Source: Candidatus Multivorans sp. (GTDB lineage Bacteria > Acidobacteriota > Thermoanaerobaculia > Multivoradales > Multivoraceae). From it: DNA of 64,000 nucleotides. Positions 51,454 through 62,087 of this stretch are shown here, in pieces. The notes under the pieces are model-generated. The model was not told the DNA's origin. It ran no database searches and saw nothing but the letters and a program-made list of their open reading frames with translations. The stretch lies in NCBI GenBank assembly GCA_965224025.1, contig OZ245033.1, positions 3,232,001-3,296,000 on the forward strand, in the 5' to 3' direction. A program made the position numbers and the translations under genes. The stretch's first letter is position 1. Each line of letters starts with the position of its first letter.

Positions 51454-52908
51454 CTAGGCTGCGCCGTTCCCCGTGTCGTTGTCGCCGCCCTCGCCGGCGC
51501 TGCCGGCCTCTTCCTCGCGGGTCTCTTCGCTAAAGGCGCGCGTCAGCGCCGCCATGAAGTCGTCTTCGTCCATCGCGGGGCTGTCGCTGTCCGTTGCGGC
51601 GTCTTCGGCCTCGGCCGACCCGGAGCGTTCGGCGGCCCACGCGAGAATCGCCGCGGCCAACGCGTCGTCGACGCCCGGAACCATCGTCAGGGCCTCCACG
51701 CCGGCGTTCTCGAGGGCTTCGAGTTCACCCAGGCCTGCCCCGGAGAGGGCGGCTGCTACCCCATCGTCGACGCCCGGAATCTCGGTCAGGTCGAGTTCGC
51801 CCGCGCCGCGGTCGACGTTCAGCATCCTGGCCAACGCGTCGGCGACCTCGTCCTTGACGTCCGTTTCGCTCTTGATGTCGATCCGGGCGCCGATGAGTTC
51901 ACTGGCCAGGCGCACGTTCTGGCCCCGTTTGCCGATCGCAAGCGAGAGCTGCTCGTCCTCGACGATCACGTCGAGGTGCGGGGTGGCGCCCTCGTGGGTC
52001 ACCGATACGCGGGTGATCCGCGCCGGCGCCAGGGCGCTCTGCGCGAAGGTCACCTGGTCTTCCGAGTACTCGATGATGTCGATCTTTTCGCCCCGAAGTT
52101 CGCGGATGATCGACTGCACGCGCGATCCCTTCATGCCGACGCAGGCGCCGACCGGGTCGACGTCGCGTTCCCGGCTCAGGACGGCGACCTTGGCGCGTTC
52201 GCCGGGAGCGCGCACCGCGGTCTTGATCACCACGGTGCCGTCGTAGATCTCGGGCACCTCCATCTCGAACAGCTTGACCAGGAGGCGAGGGTCGGTGCGG
52301 GACATCACGATCTGAGGTCCCTTGGGCTGCTTGTGGACCTCGACGATCACTCCGCGGATTCGCTCACCCTGGCTGTAGCGCTCGTGGCGGGACTGCTCGC
52401 TGCGAGGGACGATCGCCTCCGTGCGGCCGAGGTCGACAATGATGTCGCCGCGTTCGAAGCGTCGCACCGTGCCGTTGACCACCTCGCCGACGCGATTCTC
52501 GAACTCGCCGAAGATCTTCTCCCGCTCGGCTTCCCGGACACGCTGGTAGAGCACCTGCTTCGCCGACTGGGCGGCGATCCGTCCAAGCCCCTCGGTGGAG
52601 ATCGGGAGCTCGATTTCCTCGCCGATCTCGGCGTCCTCCTTGTGCTCGCGAGCCTCTTCGAGGGTCCACTCGGCGAAGGGGTCCTCAACCTCTTCCACCA
52701 CCTGCCGGTAGAGGAAGGCGCTGAACTGGCCGGTCTCCCGGTCCATGTAGGAGCGCACCGGCTCCTTGATGTGGTGCTGCTTCTTGGCCGCGGAGGCCAC
52801 CGCGTCCTCGAGGGCGACGATCCACCGGTCGAGATCGATGTCCTTCTCGTGAGCGACCTGCCTGAGGACCTCGTTGATGTTCACTTCGGGAGTGTGCGGC
52901 TGAGCCAT
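51454..52908 (-). CDS. nusA: Transcription termination/antitermination factor NusA
   Basis: GRIAAQSAKQV, EVPEIYDG, DPVGACVGMKGSR, SLAIGKRGQNVRLA. Confidence 0.99.
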   Translation of the reverse strand: MAQPHTPEVNINEVLRQVAHEKDIDLDRWIVALEDAVASAAKKQHHIKEPVRSYMDRETGQFSAFLYRQVVEEVEDPFAEWTLEEAREHKEDAEIGEEIELPISTEGLGRIAAQSAKQVLYQRVREAEREKIFGEFENRVGEVVNGTVRRFERGDIIVDLGRTEAIVPRSEQSRHERYSQGERIRGVIVEVHKQPKGPQIVMSRTDPRLLVKLFEMEVPEIYDGTVVIKTAVRAPGERAKVAVLSRERDVDPVGACVGMKGSRVQSIIRELRGEKIDIIEYSEDQVTFAQSALAPARITRVSVTHEGATPHLDVIVEDEQLSLAIGKRGQNVRLASELIGARIDIKSETDVKDEVADALARMLNVDRGAGELDLTEIPGVDDGVAAALSGAGLGELEALENAGVEALTMVPGVDDALAAAILAWAAERSGSAEAEDAATDSDSPAMDEDDFMAALTRAFSEETREEEAGSAGEGGDNDTGNGAA

Positions 52909-52925
52909 TGTCAGAGTCCCCGGAG

Positions 52926-53393
52926 TCAGAGTTCGACCAGTAGTCTGGCCTTGTCAATGCTGTCGATGGTCAGGGGCAAGGTATCGCCGCTGTCGTCCTC
53001 GAGGATGAGTGCGACACTTGGCGCCTCGGCGCTCAGACCGTCCAGGAGACCCCGCACCGTGCGCCGGCTTCCCGTCGCGGCGTCGGTGAAGGTCACCTTG
53101 GCCCGCCGTCCGCGGAAGCGTTCGTAGTCGGGCGCTCCATGGAGTTCGCGGTCGAGTCCCGGCGAGCTGACTTCAAGCACGTAGCCGGAGATGGGGCCGA
53201 AGTCCTCCGCGTCGAGGAGGACGGACGCCTCCTTGGAGACGCCGGCGCAGTGCTCGTGGGTCACGCCGTCGGGATGATCGATCACCAGACGCAGGCCGCC
53301 GCCCCGAAACGCGGCGTCGAGCAACTCGCAGGAGTGGCTCGCTACCAGGCGCTCGAGGCGTCCAAGAAGGTCGGAATCGATGGCGTTTCCCAT
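52926..53393 (-). CDS. rimP: Ribosome maturation factor RimP
   Basis: LVIDHPDGVT..HC, YVLEVSSPGLDR.L; first gene of the nusA operon (start chosen at MGNAID). Confidence 0.93.
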   Translation of the reverse strand: MGNAIDSDLLGRLERLVASHSCELLDAAFRGGGLRLVIDHPDGVTHEHCAGVSKEASVLLDAEDFGPISGYVLEVSSPGLDRELHGAPDYERFRGRRAKVTFTDAATGSRRTVRGLLDGLSAEAPSVALILEDDSGDTLPLTIDSIDKARLLVEL

Positions 53394-53513
53394 GGGGTGG
53401 CGCGGTCTCGAAACCGATCCGACCGCCGGCGTTCCATCGGGCGCCCGGAGATCGGAGGTGGGTTGGGGAGAGGGCATACGGTTTCGGGGGGTGGTCTCGC
53501 TGAACGGGTCTCT

Positions 53514-53547
53514 AAACAAAAGAGAGCGGGCCGAAGCACCCACTCTC
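53514..53547 (-). promoter_or_regulatory. rimP leader terminator/attenuator hairpin
   Basis: Minus strand GAGAGTGGG-TGCTTCGG-CCCGCTCTC-TTTTGTTT upstream of rimP. Confidence 0.75.
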
Positions 53548-53907
53548 AGCAGCCGCCTGCCGGTTTTCGGCGGACTTGCGCCCCGGAGGTTGAGGACTGT
53601 TCCCGACTCAGAAGCGATCTCCCCCTCTTCCGGGAGAAGCGTGGGAGAAGCGCCGGCAGTTGGGCGCAGACTATACAATTGATGGTTGGGGCGGGCAACC
53701 GCTCTTCGCGCCCTCACGCCAGAATGGCGCGCTTCCGTGGACCGTGGTGTTCAGCGGCGCCACTCTGTGCCGCGTTGTGTAGCGGAGAAGACCGGGCGGC
53801 GTTGGCAGGCGGATTGCACGCTCGGGGCTCCGCCGGCCACGTCCGCGTAGGGAGGGCGAGCCGGGACGGTTGTATGCTCTCCCTTCTTCAACGAGGTACT
53901 ACTGACG

Positions 53908-55419
53908 ATGAATACGAAGAAGCAGATCCTCTTCACCGGCCTGATGGTGTTCGGCGCCCTGGTGTTCGGCATGGTCATCGCGGGCGGTCTGAACCTCACC
54001 GAACCGACCCGGGCGGAAGAGGCCGGTCAGACCGCCGTGGCTGCGGAGGACGACTCCCGACGAGCGCAGGCAAGGAAGGTCGAAGGCCACGCGAGGACAT
54101 CGATCGAGAGCTTCGCCGATCTGGCGGAGGCCGTCCTGCCGGCGGTGGTCACGGTCGAAGTGGCGAGGATCGAAGAGAGTTCGGGGCCCGAGTTCTTCTT
54201 CCGGCGCAATCCGTTCCAGCGGCAACCGGATCAGGAGTCGGAACCTGACGAACAGCGGCTTCAGGGCGCTGGCAGCGGCTTCCTGATCTCCGCCGACGGC
54301 TGGATCGTGACGAACAACCATGTGATCGACAGAGCGGAGGAGGTCACGGTCCGCTTCGAGGGGCGCGAGTATGAGGCCGAGGTCAGGGGCCGTGACCGGG
54401 AGACCGATCTGGCTCTGATCAAGATCGAAGCGGATGAGGACCTGCCGTTCCTGGCGCTTGGCGATTCGGAAGAGCTTCGGGTCGGCGACTGGATCATGGC
54501 GATCGGCAGTCCGTTGAGCTTCGAGGCATCGGTGACGGTGGGCGTGGTCAGCGCCAAGGGACGCTCGTTCGGCATCGAGGGCGGACCCACCAGCTTCGCG
54601 AACTACATCCAGACCGATGCCGCGATCAATCGGGGGAATTCCGGCGGACCTCTGGTGAACACGGCCGGCGAGGTCGTCGGAATTGCCACTGCGATGGCGT
54701 GGGCCGAGAACATCGGCTTCGCGGTGCCGGTGGACGTGCTGGAGGGAGTCCTTCCGCAGTTGCGGGACGAGGGCAGGGTCCGGCGCGGCTACCTCGGCGT
54801 GCAGATCCGTGACCTGGAACACATCGAGGCCCGCTACTACGAGCTGGACGAGCCGAACGGCGCTCTGGTGCAGGAAGTGGTGGAGGAGACGCCGGCGGAC
54901 AAGGCAGGTGTCGAATCCGGAGACGTGATCCTTGGCGTCGATGACCACGAGGTCGTGGGCACGCGCGACCTGATCGACTACGTGGCGGCGCTGGCGCCCG
55001 GCGAGCGAGTCGAACTCGAGATCCTCCGCGACACTCGGCGGATTAGCCTCGATGTCCTGCTTGAGGAGCGTCCACTACAGATCGCCGAGAGCGGCTCCGC
55101 GCGCCCGGCGCCGACCCGGAGCGAAGGCATGGACTGGCTCGGTCTCGATCTGCGGCCCCTGACCGCCAATCTCCGCGAGCGCTCCGGGTTGGACCGGCGA
55201 CAGCACGGCGTGTACGTGTCGGATGTCTCGGCTCGCAGCGTCTTCGCCGAGCGGGGCTTCCAGGCAGGGGTCGTGATCACCGGCATCGACGATGCCGAAA
55301 TTCGCGATCTGGACGACCTGAAGGCGGCGGCCGCCGATCTTGAGACCGGAGACCTGATCCGCGTGGCGGCGGTGGTTCCCGGCGGCCAGCGGTTCTTCTC
55401 GGTCATCGAAGTCCCCTGA
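53908..55419 (+). CDS. HtrA/DegP serine protease with two PDZ domains
   Basis: GSGF, TNNHV, DLAL, QTDAAINRGNSGG, RGYLGV. Confidence 0.96.
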   Translation: MNTKKQILFTGLMVFGALVFGMVIAGGLNLTEPTRAEEAGQTAVAAEDDSRRAQARKVEGHARTSIESFADLAEAVLPAVVTVEVARIEESSGPEFFFRRNPFQRQPDQESEPDEQRLQGAGSGFLISADGWIVTNNHVIDRAEEVTVRFEGREYEAEVRGRDRETDLALIKIEADEDLPFLALGDSEELRVGDWIMAIGSPLSFEASVTVGVVSAKGRSFGIEGGPTSFANYIQTDAAINRGNSGGPLVNTAGEVVGIATAMAWAENIGFAVPVDVLEGVLPQLRDEGRVRRGYLGVQIRDLEHIEARYYELDEPNGALVQEVVEETPADKAGVESGDVILGVDDHEVVGTRDLIDYVAALAPGERVELEILRDTRRISLDVLLEERPLQIAESGSARPAPTRSEGMDWLGLDLRPLTANLRERSGLDRRQHGVYVSDVSARSVFAERGFQAGVVITGIDDAEIRDLDDLKAAAADLETGDLIRVAAVVPGGQRFFSVIEVP

Positions 55420-55424
55420 GCCGC

Positions 55425-56780
55425 ATGGGCCCTCGCGTGCTCGTAGTCGACGACGAGGAGTCGATCCGAAGCTCGCTGCGGATGATCCTCGAGTTCGAGC
55501 GCTACCGGGTCGAGGAGGCGTCGACCGGGAGGGAGGCGCTGCGGCGCGTGATGACCAGGCCTCCGGCGGCCGTCCTGCTGGACATCAAGATGCCCGAGAT
55601 GGACGGTCTGGCCACGCTGTCGCGCTTGCGGGAACGCGGCCACGACATGCCCGTGGTCATGATCAGCGGCCACGGCGACATCGCCGCAGCGGTGGAGGCG
55701 ACCCGGCTGGGGGCCTACGACTTCCTGGAGAAACCGCTCGAACGGGACCGCGTGCTGCTGGCTCTGCGCAACGCGATCGAGCGACGGCGGCTCGAGGACG
55801 AGAATCGCCTTCTGCGAGGGGCGCCGTCGGAGTTGGTGGGTGAATCCGCCCCGATGCAGGAACTTCGGGCGACGATCGAACGAGCGGCGCCGACTCCGGC
55901 GACCGTGCTGATCACGGGCGAGAGCGGCGTCGGCAAGGAACTCGTGGCGCGCGGCATTCACGCCGGCAGCCCGCGGTGCGAGGTGCCGTTGGTACAGGTC
56001 AACTGCGCGGCGATTCCCGATGAACTGATCGAGTCCGAGCTCTTCGGCCACGAAAAGGGCGCTTTCACCGGTGCCGTGCGCCGCCAGATCGGCAAGTTCA
56101 CGGCCGCCGACGGCGGCACGATCTTCCTGGACGAAGTGGGGGACATGTCCGCCCGCACCCAGGCCAAGGTGCTGCGAGCGCTGCAGAACGGCGAGATCGA
56201 GCCGGTCGGCGCCCGCACGACCGTTACCGTCGATGTCCGGGTGGTGGCGGCGACCCACCGGGATCTGCTGGCCGAGGTCGAGGCGGGCCGTTTCCGCGAG
56301 GACCTCTTCTACCGGCTGAACGTGGTCCCGGTTCACGCGCCGCCGCTGCGGGCGCACCTGGACGACCTGCCGCTCCTGGTCGCCCACTTCATCGAGCGTT
56401 TCGCCGCGCAAAACAACTACCGGCCCAAGACCCTCACCGGGGAGGCGACCCGGCAGTTGCGGGCGATGCCGTGGCGCGGCAACGTCCGTGAGCTGAAGAA
56501 CCTGGTGGAACGCCTGCTGATCCTGACTCCGGGTGACGAGATCGACCGCGCAGACGTTCTCCGGCTCGCCGGTCCGGAGCGCGGGGGGCTGTCGGAGGCT
56601 ATTCTCGCGGTGTCGACCCTGCGGGAGTTCAGGGAGACCGCGGAACGTCTCTACTTGGCGAAGAGACTCGAGGAGCATGGCTGGAACGTGACCCGTACCG
56701 CCAAGGCGATCGGAACGCCGAGAAGCAACCTGTACAAGAAGATGGACCAGCACGGCCTGCGCCGGGAGGACGCGACTTGA
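55425..56780 (+). CDS. Sigma54-dependent response regulator (NtrC/NtrX family)
   Basis: Receiver [44 protein letters not shown]-terminal HTH. Confidence 0.96.
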   Translation: MGPRVLVVDDEESIRSSLRMILEFERYRVEEASTGREALRRVMTRPPAAVLLDIKMPEMDGLATLSRLRERGHDMPVVMISGHGDIAAAVEATRLGAYDFLEKPLERDRVLLALRNAIERRRLEDENRLLRGAPSELVGESAPMQELRATIERAAPTPATVLITGESGVGKELVARGIHAGSPRCEVPLVQVNCAAIPDELIESELFGHEKGAFTGAVRRQIGKFTAADGGTIFLDEVGDMSARTQAKVLRALQNGEIEPVGARTTVTVDVRVVAATHRDLLAEVEAGRFREDLFYRLNVVPVHAPPLRAHLDDLPLLVAHFIERFAAQNNYRPKTLTGEATRQLRAMPWRGNVRELKNLVERLLILTPGDEIDRADVLRLAGPERGGLSEAILAVSTLREFRETAERLYLAKRLEEHGWNVTRTAKAIGTPRSNLYKKMDQHGLRREDAT

Positions 56781-57196
56781 ACACGGAGCGGCCCGACGCG
56801 GCGACACCGCACCGGATTCTGGTCGCGAAGCCCGGACTTGACGGTCACGACCGGGGCGCGAAGGTCGTGGCGCGGGCGCTGCGGGACGCCGGCTTCGAGG
56901 TGATCTACACCGGTTTGCGCAAGACGCCCGAGCAGATCGTCGCGGCCGCCGTGCAGGAGGACGTCCGGGCCGTCGGCCTGTCGACCCTGTCCGGCGCCCA
57001 CAACACCCTGCTCCCCGAAGTCGTCGAGGGGCTGCGCGCGGCGGACGCCGGCGACGTGCTCGTGTTCGCCGGCGGCATCGTTCCGGAGGTGGATATCGAA
57101 GGCCTCAAGGCGGCCGGAGTCGACGACGTCTTTCCCCCTGGCTCCAGCACCGCCGCGATCATCGAGTATCTGAACCGGCGTCTCGGGTCGCGATGA
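56777..57196 (+). CDS. Methylmalonyl-CoA mutase-type cobalamin-binding subunit
   Basis: [26 protein letters not shown]. Confidence 0.93.
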   Translation: MNTERPDAATPHRILVAKPGLDGHDRGAKVVARALRDAGFEVIYTGLRKTPEQIVAAAVQEDVRAVGLSTLSGAHNTLLPEVVEGLRAADAGDVLVFAGGIVPEVDIEGLKAAGVDDVFPPGSSTAAIIEYLNRRLGSR

Positions 57197-57251
57197 AGAC
57201 ACTGTGAGTAGCGGACGAAGCCGCGGGCCGGGCGGCCGGGGCCGGCGACTG

Positions 57252-59969
57252 ATGGCGGACAACGAGGCTGCGGCGGGCGCCCGAACGGCGGGCGCGGCGA
57301 TGGACAAGCGCTTCAACCCCGCGTCTTACGAGAGCAGGTGGCAGACGTGGTGGGAGGAGCAGGAACTGTTCCGTTGTCCGCGGGATCCGGAGGACGAAGG
57401 ACAGACCCCGTACTGCATCCTGATTCCGCCGCCGAATGTGACCGGCAAGCTGCACATGGGGCACGCCCTCCAGAGCACTCTGCAGGATCTGGTCACCCGC
57501 TGGCGCCGGATGCGAGGCGACAACGCCTTGTGGCTCCCGGGCACCGACCACGCCGGTATCGCGACCCAACTCATGGTCGAACGTCAACTCGAGCAGGAGG
57601 GCACGAGCCGGCTCGAACTCGGGCGGGAGAAGTTCCTCGAGCGGGTGTGGTGGTGGAAGGATGAGTACCACGCGAACATCAAGCGGCAGTTGCAGCGCCT
57701 GGGCGCCTCGTGCGACTGGTCCCGTGAGCGATTCACCCTGGACGAGGGGCTGGCGCGGGCGGTCCGCACGGCCTTCGTCGGGCTCTACCGTGAGGGCCTG
57801 ATCTACCGGGGCGAGTACATGGTGAACTGGTCTCCCGTGCTGCGGACCGCGGTGTCCGACCTGGAAGTCGAGAACCGCGAGGTCGAGGGCACGCTCTACC
57901 ACCTGGCTTACCCGTTGGAACCGGAGGAAGGAAGCGGAGACTCTGGCGAGGAGACGTTGATCGTCGCCACGACCCGTCCCGAGACCATGTTGGGCGACAC
58001 CGCGGTGGCCTTCCACCCCGAGGACGGGCGCTACCGCCACCTTGCGGGGCGTTTCGCGCGGCTGCCGATCCTCGACCGTCGTTTGCGGCTGGTCGCCGAC
58101 GAGCATGTCGACCCGGAGTTCGGCACCGGGCTGGTCAAGGTCACGCCGTTCCACGATCCGAACGACTACGAGATCGCGCAGAGGCACGATCTCCCCGGTG
58201 TGCGGGTAATCGGCCTGGACGGCCGGATGACGGCCGAGGCGGGCGCCGACTTCGAGGGCCTGGACCGCTTCGAGGCCCGTCGCCGCGTCGTAGAGCGTCT
58301 CGAGGCGGAGCGGCGCCTCGTCAAGACCGAGCGGCACGTCCACAGCGTGGGCCATTCGCAGCGGGGCGGCGAACCGATCGAACCGATGCTGTCGCCGCAG
58401 TGGTTCGCCGACGTCTCCGGCATGGCGAAGGAGGCGCTCGCCGCCGTCTCCGGCGGGCGCCTCGAGCTGATCCCGAACTCCTGGGACAGGACGTGGGAGC
58501 ACTGGCTTACGAACATCCGCCCCTGGGTCATCTCCCGCCAACTCTGGTGGGGACACCGGATTCCGGCCTGGTACGACGAGGACGGGGCCTGCTACGTGGC
58601 GATGAACCGCGAGGAGGCCGAGGAGCGGGCGGGCACGTCCGAGCTGACCCGCGACCCCGACGTGCTGGACACGTGGTTCTCGTCCGGGCTGTGGCCGGTC
58701 TCGACTCTCGGGTGGCCCGACGAGGACGCGCCGGACCTGCGGACCTGGTACCCGACGGACGTCTTGATCACCGGCCACGACATCCTGTTCTTCTGGGTGG
58801 CGCGGATGGTCATGCTCTCCAACCACTTCTACGGCGATATCCCGTTCCGCGCCGTCCACCTGACCGGTCTGGTGCGGGATGCCCACGGCGAGAAGATGTC
58901 CAAGACCAAGGGCAACACCGTCGACCCGATGGACCTGGTAAAGGAGTACGGCGCCGACGCGATGCGCTTCACCCTGGCGGTCCTCGACGTGCCGGGAAGG
59001 GACATTCCGCTCGACCTGGAGCGCATGGCGGGCTACCGCGCCTTCGGCAACAAGATCTGGAACGCGGTCCGCTTCGCCCTGGCGCGCACCGAGGGCGCCA
59101 GCACGCCGGCGTTGGCCGCCGAGCTGCTCGGTGACGACCTGGCCGCTCCGGAGCGGTGGATTCTCTCGCGCCTGTCGGCCACCGCGGCGGCGGTGAACGA
59201 TGCCCTGGAGGAGTTCCGTTTCGACCGCGCCTGCAACGCGCTCTACCACTTCTTCTGGCACGAGCTCTGCGACTGGTACATCGAGTTCGCGAAGCCCGCC
59301 CTCTCCGGCGCCGCGCCGCGTCCGCGGACGGCCGAGACCCTCCTGTTCGCGATCGACTTCAGTCTCAGGTTGCTGCACCCCGTGATGCCGCACCTGACCG
59401 AGGAGCTCTGGCAGCGCTTGCCGCGAGGCGCGGCGCCGGAGTCCGCCGGACCCCGGAGCATCGCCGTCGAGGCCTACCCGCTGGGCGACGACGACCTCGT
59501 CTCGCATGAGATCGAGCGGGGCATGGACGTTCTGGTCGCCATGGTGCAGACGGCCCGGAGTCTTCGCCGCGAACGAAACCTCACCGGCGCCGCGAAGATG
59601 GCGGTCTTCGTCGAGGACGGCGACGCGGACCTGATCGCCTTCGTCGTCGAGCAGGCGTCCCTCCTTGGCGCCGTCGCCGGCGTCGGGCAGGTGACCGCGG
59701 GCCAGGGTCCTGCCGGCTCGGTCCGGGACCGGGCCGGGGGCCTGAACCTGGCATTCGAGGTCGAGGCGCCCGCGATGAGCCAGGCCGAGCTGGCGAAGCT
59801 CACCAGGGACCTGGAGAACATCGACGCCGAGATCGCAGGCGCGCGGGGCCGTTTGTCGAACGCCAGGTTTCTTGAAAAGGCGCCAGCCCACGTGGTCGAG
59901 GGCAACCGCGCCCGCCTCGCCGAACTGGAGGAGCAGCGCAGCCGGGTGAGCGAGATCCTGGCGCGTTGA
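57252..59969 (+). CDS. valS: Valine--tRNA ligase
   Basis: PPPNVTGKLHMGH, DHAGIATQ, ISRQLWWGHRIP, DVLDTWFSS, KMSKTKGN, C-terminal coiled coil. Confidence 0.99.
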   Translation: MADNEAAAGARTAGAAMDKRFNPASYESRWQTWWEEQELFRCPRDPEDEGQTPYCILIPPPNVTGKLHMGHALQSTLQDLVTRWRRMRGDNALWLPGTDHAGIATQLMVERQLEQEGTSRLELGREKFLERVWWWKDEYHANIKRQLQRLGASCDWSRERFTLDEGLARAVRTAFVGLYREGLIYRGEYMVNWSPVLRTAVSDLEVENREVEGTLYHLAYPLEPEEGSGDSGEETLIVATTRPETMLGDTAVAFHPEDGRYRHLAGRFARLPILDRRLRLVADEHVDPEFGTGLVKVTPFHDPNDYEIAQRHDLPGVRVIGLDGRMTAEAGADFEGLDRFEARRRVVERLEAERRLVKTERHVHSVGHSQRGGEPIEPMLSPQWFADVSGMAKEALAAVSGGRLELIPNSWDRTWEHWLTNIRPWVISRQLWWGHRIPAWYDEDGACYVAMNREEAEERAGTSELTRDPDVLDTWFSSGLWPVSTLGWPDEDAPDLRTWYPTDVLITGHDILFFWVARMVMLSNHFYGDIPFRAVHLTGLVRDAHGEKMSKTKGNTVDPMDLVKEYGADAMRFTLAVLDVPGRDIPLDLERMAGYRAFGNKIWNAVRFALARTEGASTPALAAELLGDDLAAPERWILSRLSATAAAVNDALEEFRFDRACNALYHFFWHELCDWYIEFAKPALSGAAPRPRTAETLLFAIDFSLRLLHPVMPHLTEELWQRLPRGAAPESAGPRSIAVEAYPLGDDDLVSHEIERGMDVLVAMVQTARSLRRERNLTGAAKMAVFVEDGDADLIAFVVEQASLLGAVAGVGQVTAGQGPAGSVRDRAGGLNLAFEVEAPAMSQAELAKLTRDLENIDAEIAGARGRLSNARFLEKAPAHVVEGNRARLAELEEQRSRVSEILAR

Positions 59970-60002
59970 GCCGGCGCCGCCTCGGTTAGGCTTCGCGCCC
60001 CA

Positions 60003-60821
60003 ATGCCGGACCGCGCTGACGATTTCGACCAGTTTGTCGGGGAACTTCGGTCCCGTTCGCGGCGCCTGCCGGACAACCTGGTGTTGATGGACACGGTCGA
60101 CTCGACGAACCGTTTCGTCAAGGCTCTGGTCGAACGGTTCTTCGAGGAGGACTCCACGCCCCGGACGGCGCTAGTGGTGGCCTTCGAGCAGACCGCGGGC
60201 CGGGGTCGACAGGGTCGTTCCTGGGTCAGCACCGCGGGGCGCGGTCTCTACTGCACCTGGCTGCAGCCGCTGCCGATCGCGGGGGCCGGCCCGCTGGAAG
60301 ATCAGCTCGGTGCGTTGCCGCTGCTCGCCGGAGTCGGGGTGTGCCGCGCGTTGACGGGCTTCACGGGCGGCCGGGCGGGCCTGAAGTGGCCCAACGACGT
60401 GCTCGTGGACGGCCGCAAGATCGCGGGGATCCTGATCGAGACCGTCGTCGGCCGAGAAGGCGGCATGGCCGCCGTGATCGGTTTCGGCGTGAACTACGAC
60501 TTCGGCGCCAGGGACGAGTTGCCGACGCCGGTATCGACATCGCTCGCGCTCGAAACGGAGCGCGCGCCTTCGCGGGCGGCCGTCGTCGAACGGCTCGCGA
60601 CCTCGCTGGAACGCGAGCTCAGCCACGCCGGCGACCCCGTGTACGCACTGGATGTCTACCGCCCCTGCAGCGTCCATCGCGAGGGCGACGAAGTGAGTTG
60701 CAAGCTCGGCGGCGAGAGGGTCTCCGGCCGTTTCGCGGGCTTCGACGACGGTGGCCGCTTCCGCCTCGAGACGTCGGCCGGTCTGCGCACGATCGCCTCG
60801 GGCGAGGTCATCGAGTCGTGA
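60003..60821 (+). CDS. birA: Biotin--[acetyl-CoA carboxylase] ligase
   Basis: DSTN, QTAGRGRQGRSW, KWPNDV...GRKIAGIL.E, G.GVN. Confidence 0.96.
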   Translation: MPDRADDFDQFVGELRSRSRRLPDNLVLMDTVDSTNRFVKALVERFFEEDSTPRTALVVAFEQTAGRGRQGRSWVSTAGRGLYCTWLQPLPIAGAGPLEDQLGALPLLAGVGVCRALTGFTGGRAGLKWPNDVLVDGRKIAGILIETVVGREGGMAAVIGFGVNYDFGARDELPTPVSTSLALETERAPSRAAVVERLATSLERELSHAGDPVYALDVYRPCSVHREGDEVSCKLGGERVSGRFAGFDDGGRFRLETSAGLRTIASGEVIES

Positions 60822-61510
60822 CCACGGGAGCGGATCCTGAGAGCGGGGACCGCGACTACTTCGAGGCGATCGAAGAGGAGTTCATCCGGCTGCGGGGAGC
60901 GCCGCTGCTGCTGAGTCCCGCCGACTGGCGCCTGGCGCAACAGTGGCGGCAGGAAGGCATTCCCCTCGCTCTGGTCCTGGAGAGCATCCGCGAAGTGTTC
61001 GCGCGCCGGTCCGAGCGGGCGGCCGCCTCGCCGGAGGCGCCGAAGCGGCGCGTGAGCAGTCTGCGCTACTGCCGGGCGACGGTGGAGAAGGCATGGGCGG
61101 TTTACCGGGAGTTGGGGGCGGTGCCGCCGGTGCGCCGGAGGCCCGCCGCGATCGATGTGCCGGCGCGGCTTGCGGCGCTGGCGTCCGCGCTACCGGCGTC
61201 GTTGGAGGGTGTCGATGGCTGGCGGGGCAGGCTGCTTGGGCTGAGCGGTCCGGCGCCCGAGGTCGAAGCCCGGCTGGCCGAGTTGGATATCGAACTTGTG
61301 GCGCAAGCGTTCGAGTCCCTGGCGCCGGCGGCCCGCGACGCCGTCGTGGCGGGCGCCGACGAGGCGCTGGGCCGGATGGCGGGAAGAGTGGACGAGCAGA
61401 GGCTGCCGGATCTCAGACAGCGCCTGATCCGCCGCTCGGTGCGCGAGCGCCTCGGGCTTCCGCTGCTGTCTCTCTTCGCCGAGCCGGCCGCGTCGCCGCC
61501 CGGGAACTGA
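60818..61510 (+). CDS. Hypothetical protein coupled to birA
   Basis: GTGA overlap; YF..IEE.F...RG..LLLSP.DW.L...W...GIPL...SLRYC. Confidence 0.7.
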   Translation: MTTGADPESGDRDYFEAIEEEFIRLRGAPLLLSPADWRLAQQWRQEGIPLALVLESIREVFARRSERAAASPEAPKRRVSSLRYCRATVEKAWAVYRELGAVPPVRRRPAAIDVPARLAALASALPASLEGVDGWRGRLLGLSGPAPEVEARLAELDIELVAQAFESLAPAARDAVVAGADEALGRMAGRVDEQRLPDLRQRLIRRSVRERLGLPLLSLFAEPAASPPGN

Positions 61511-61568
61511 CTTGGCAGCCGCATGTTCTACCGCGCCCTCGCTACGGCCCTTAGGCAAAATATGCGGC

Positions 61569-62087
61569 TCAGCCGCTCTGTTCTTCGCTGTTCCGGCGCC
61601 AGCGGTCGGCGCAGCGGTCGTAGAGCACGACCCCAACCGTCATGCCGAGATTCAGCGACACGGCGGTCGGAACCCGGATCCGGTGATCGCTGCGTTTCAG
61701 GATGCGCTCCGATACCGAGCCGCTCTCCGGTCCGAAGACGTAGCAGGCCCGCTCGGGGTGAACGAAGTCGGGTAGCGCTACGGCGTCCGCCACGATCTCG
61801 ACCGCGACCAGGGCCGTGTCGCGAGGCGTCGCCTCGAGCAGGTCCTCGACCTCGATCACCGGGACGTGCCGGTAGGCCCGGGTGGGATCCGTCGGCAGCC
61901 GGCGGATGTCGATGTCTTCCGAGGGCTGGCCCAGGATGATCATGCGAGCCTGGAAGCAGAGCGCGGCGCGCAGGACGTGGCCGACGTTCACTGGATCGGC
62001 CGGCCGGTCAAGTGCTATGCAGGCGAAGCCCCGGCCGCCGGCCAGGCCGGCGCGGCGCTGGACCGGGCGCTCGATCTTCTTCGGCAT
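61569..62087 (-). CDS. TrmH/SpoU family RNA methyltransferase
   Basis: P.NVGHVLRAA, YVFGPE, SLNL. Confidence 0.9.
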   Translation of the reverse strand: MPKKIERPVQRRAGLAGGRGFACIALDRPADPVNVGHVLRAALCFQARMIILGQPSEDIDIRRLPTDPTRAYRHVPVIEVEDLLEATPRDTALVAVEIVADAVALPDFVHPERACYVFGPESGSVSERILKRSDHRIRVPTAVSLNLGMTVGVVLYDRCADRWRRNSEEQSG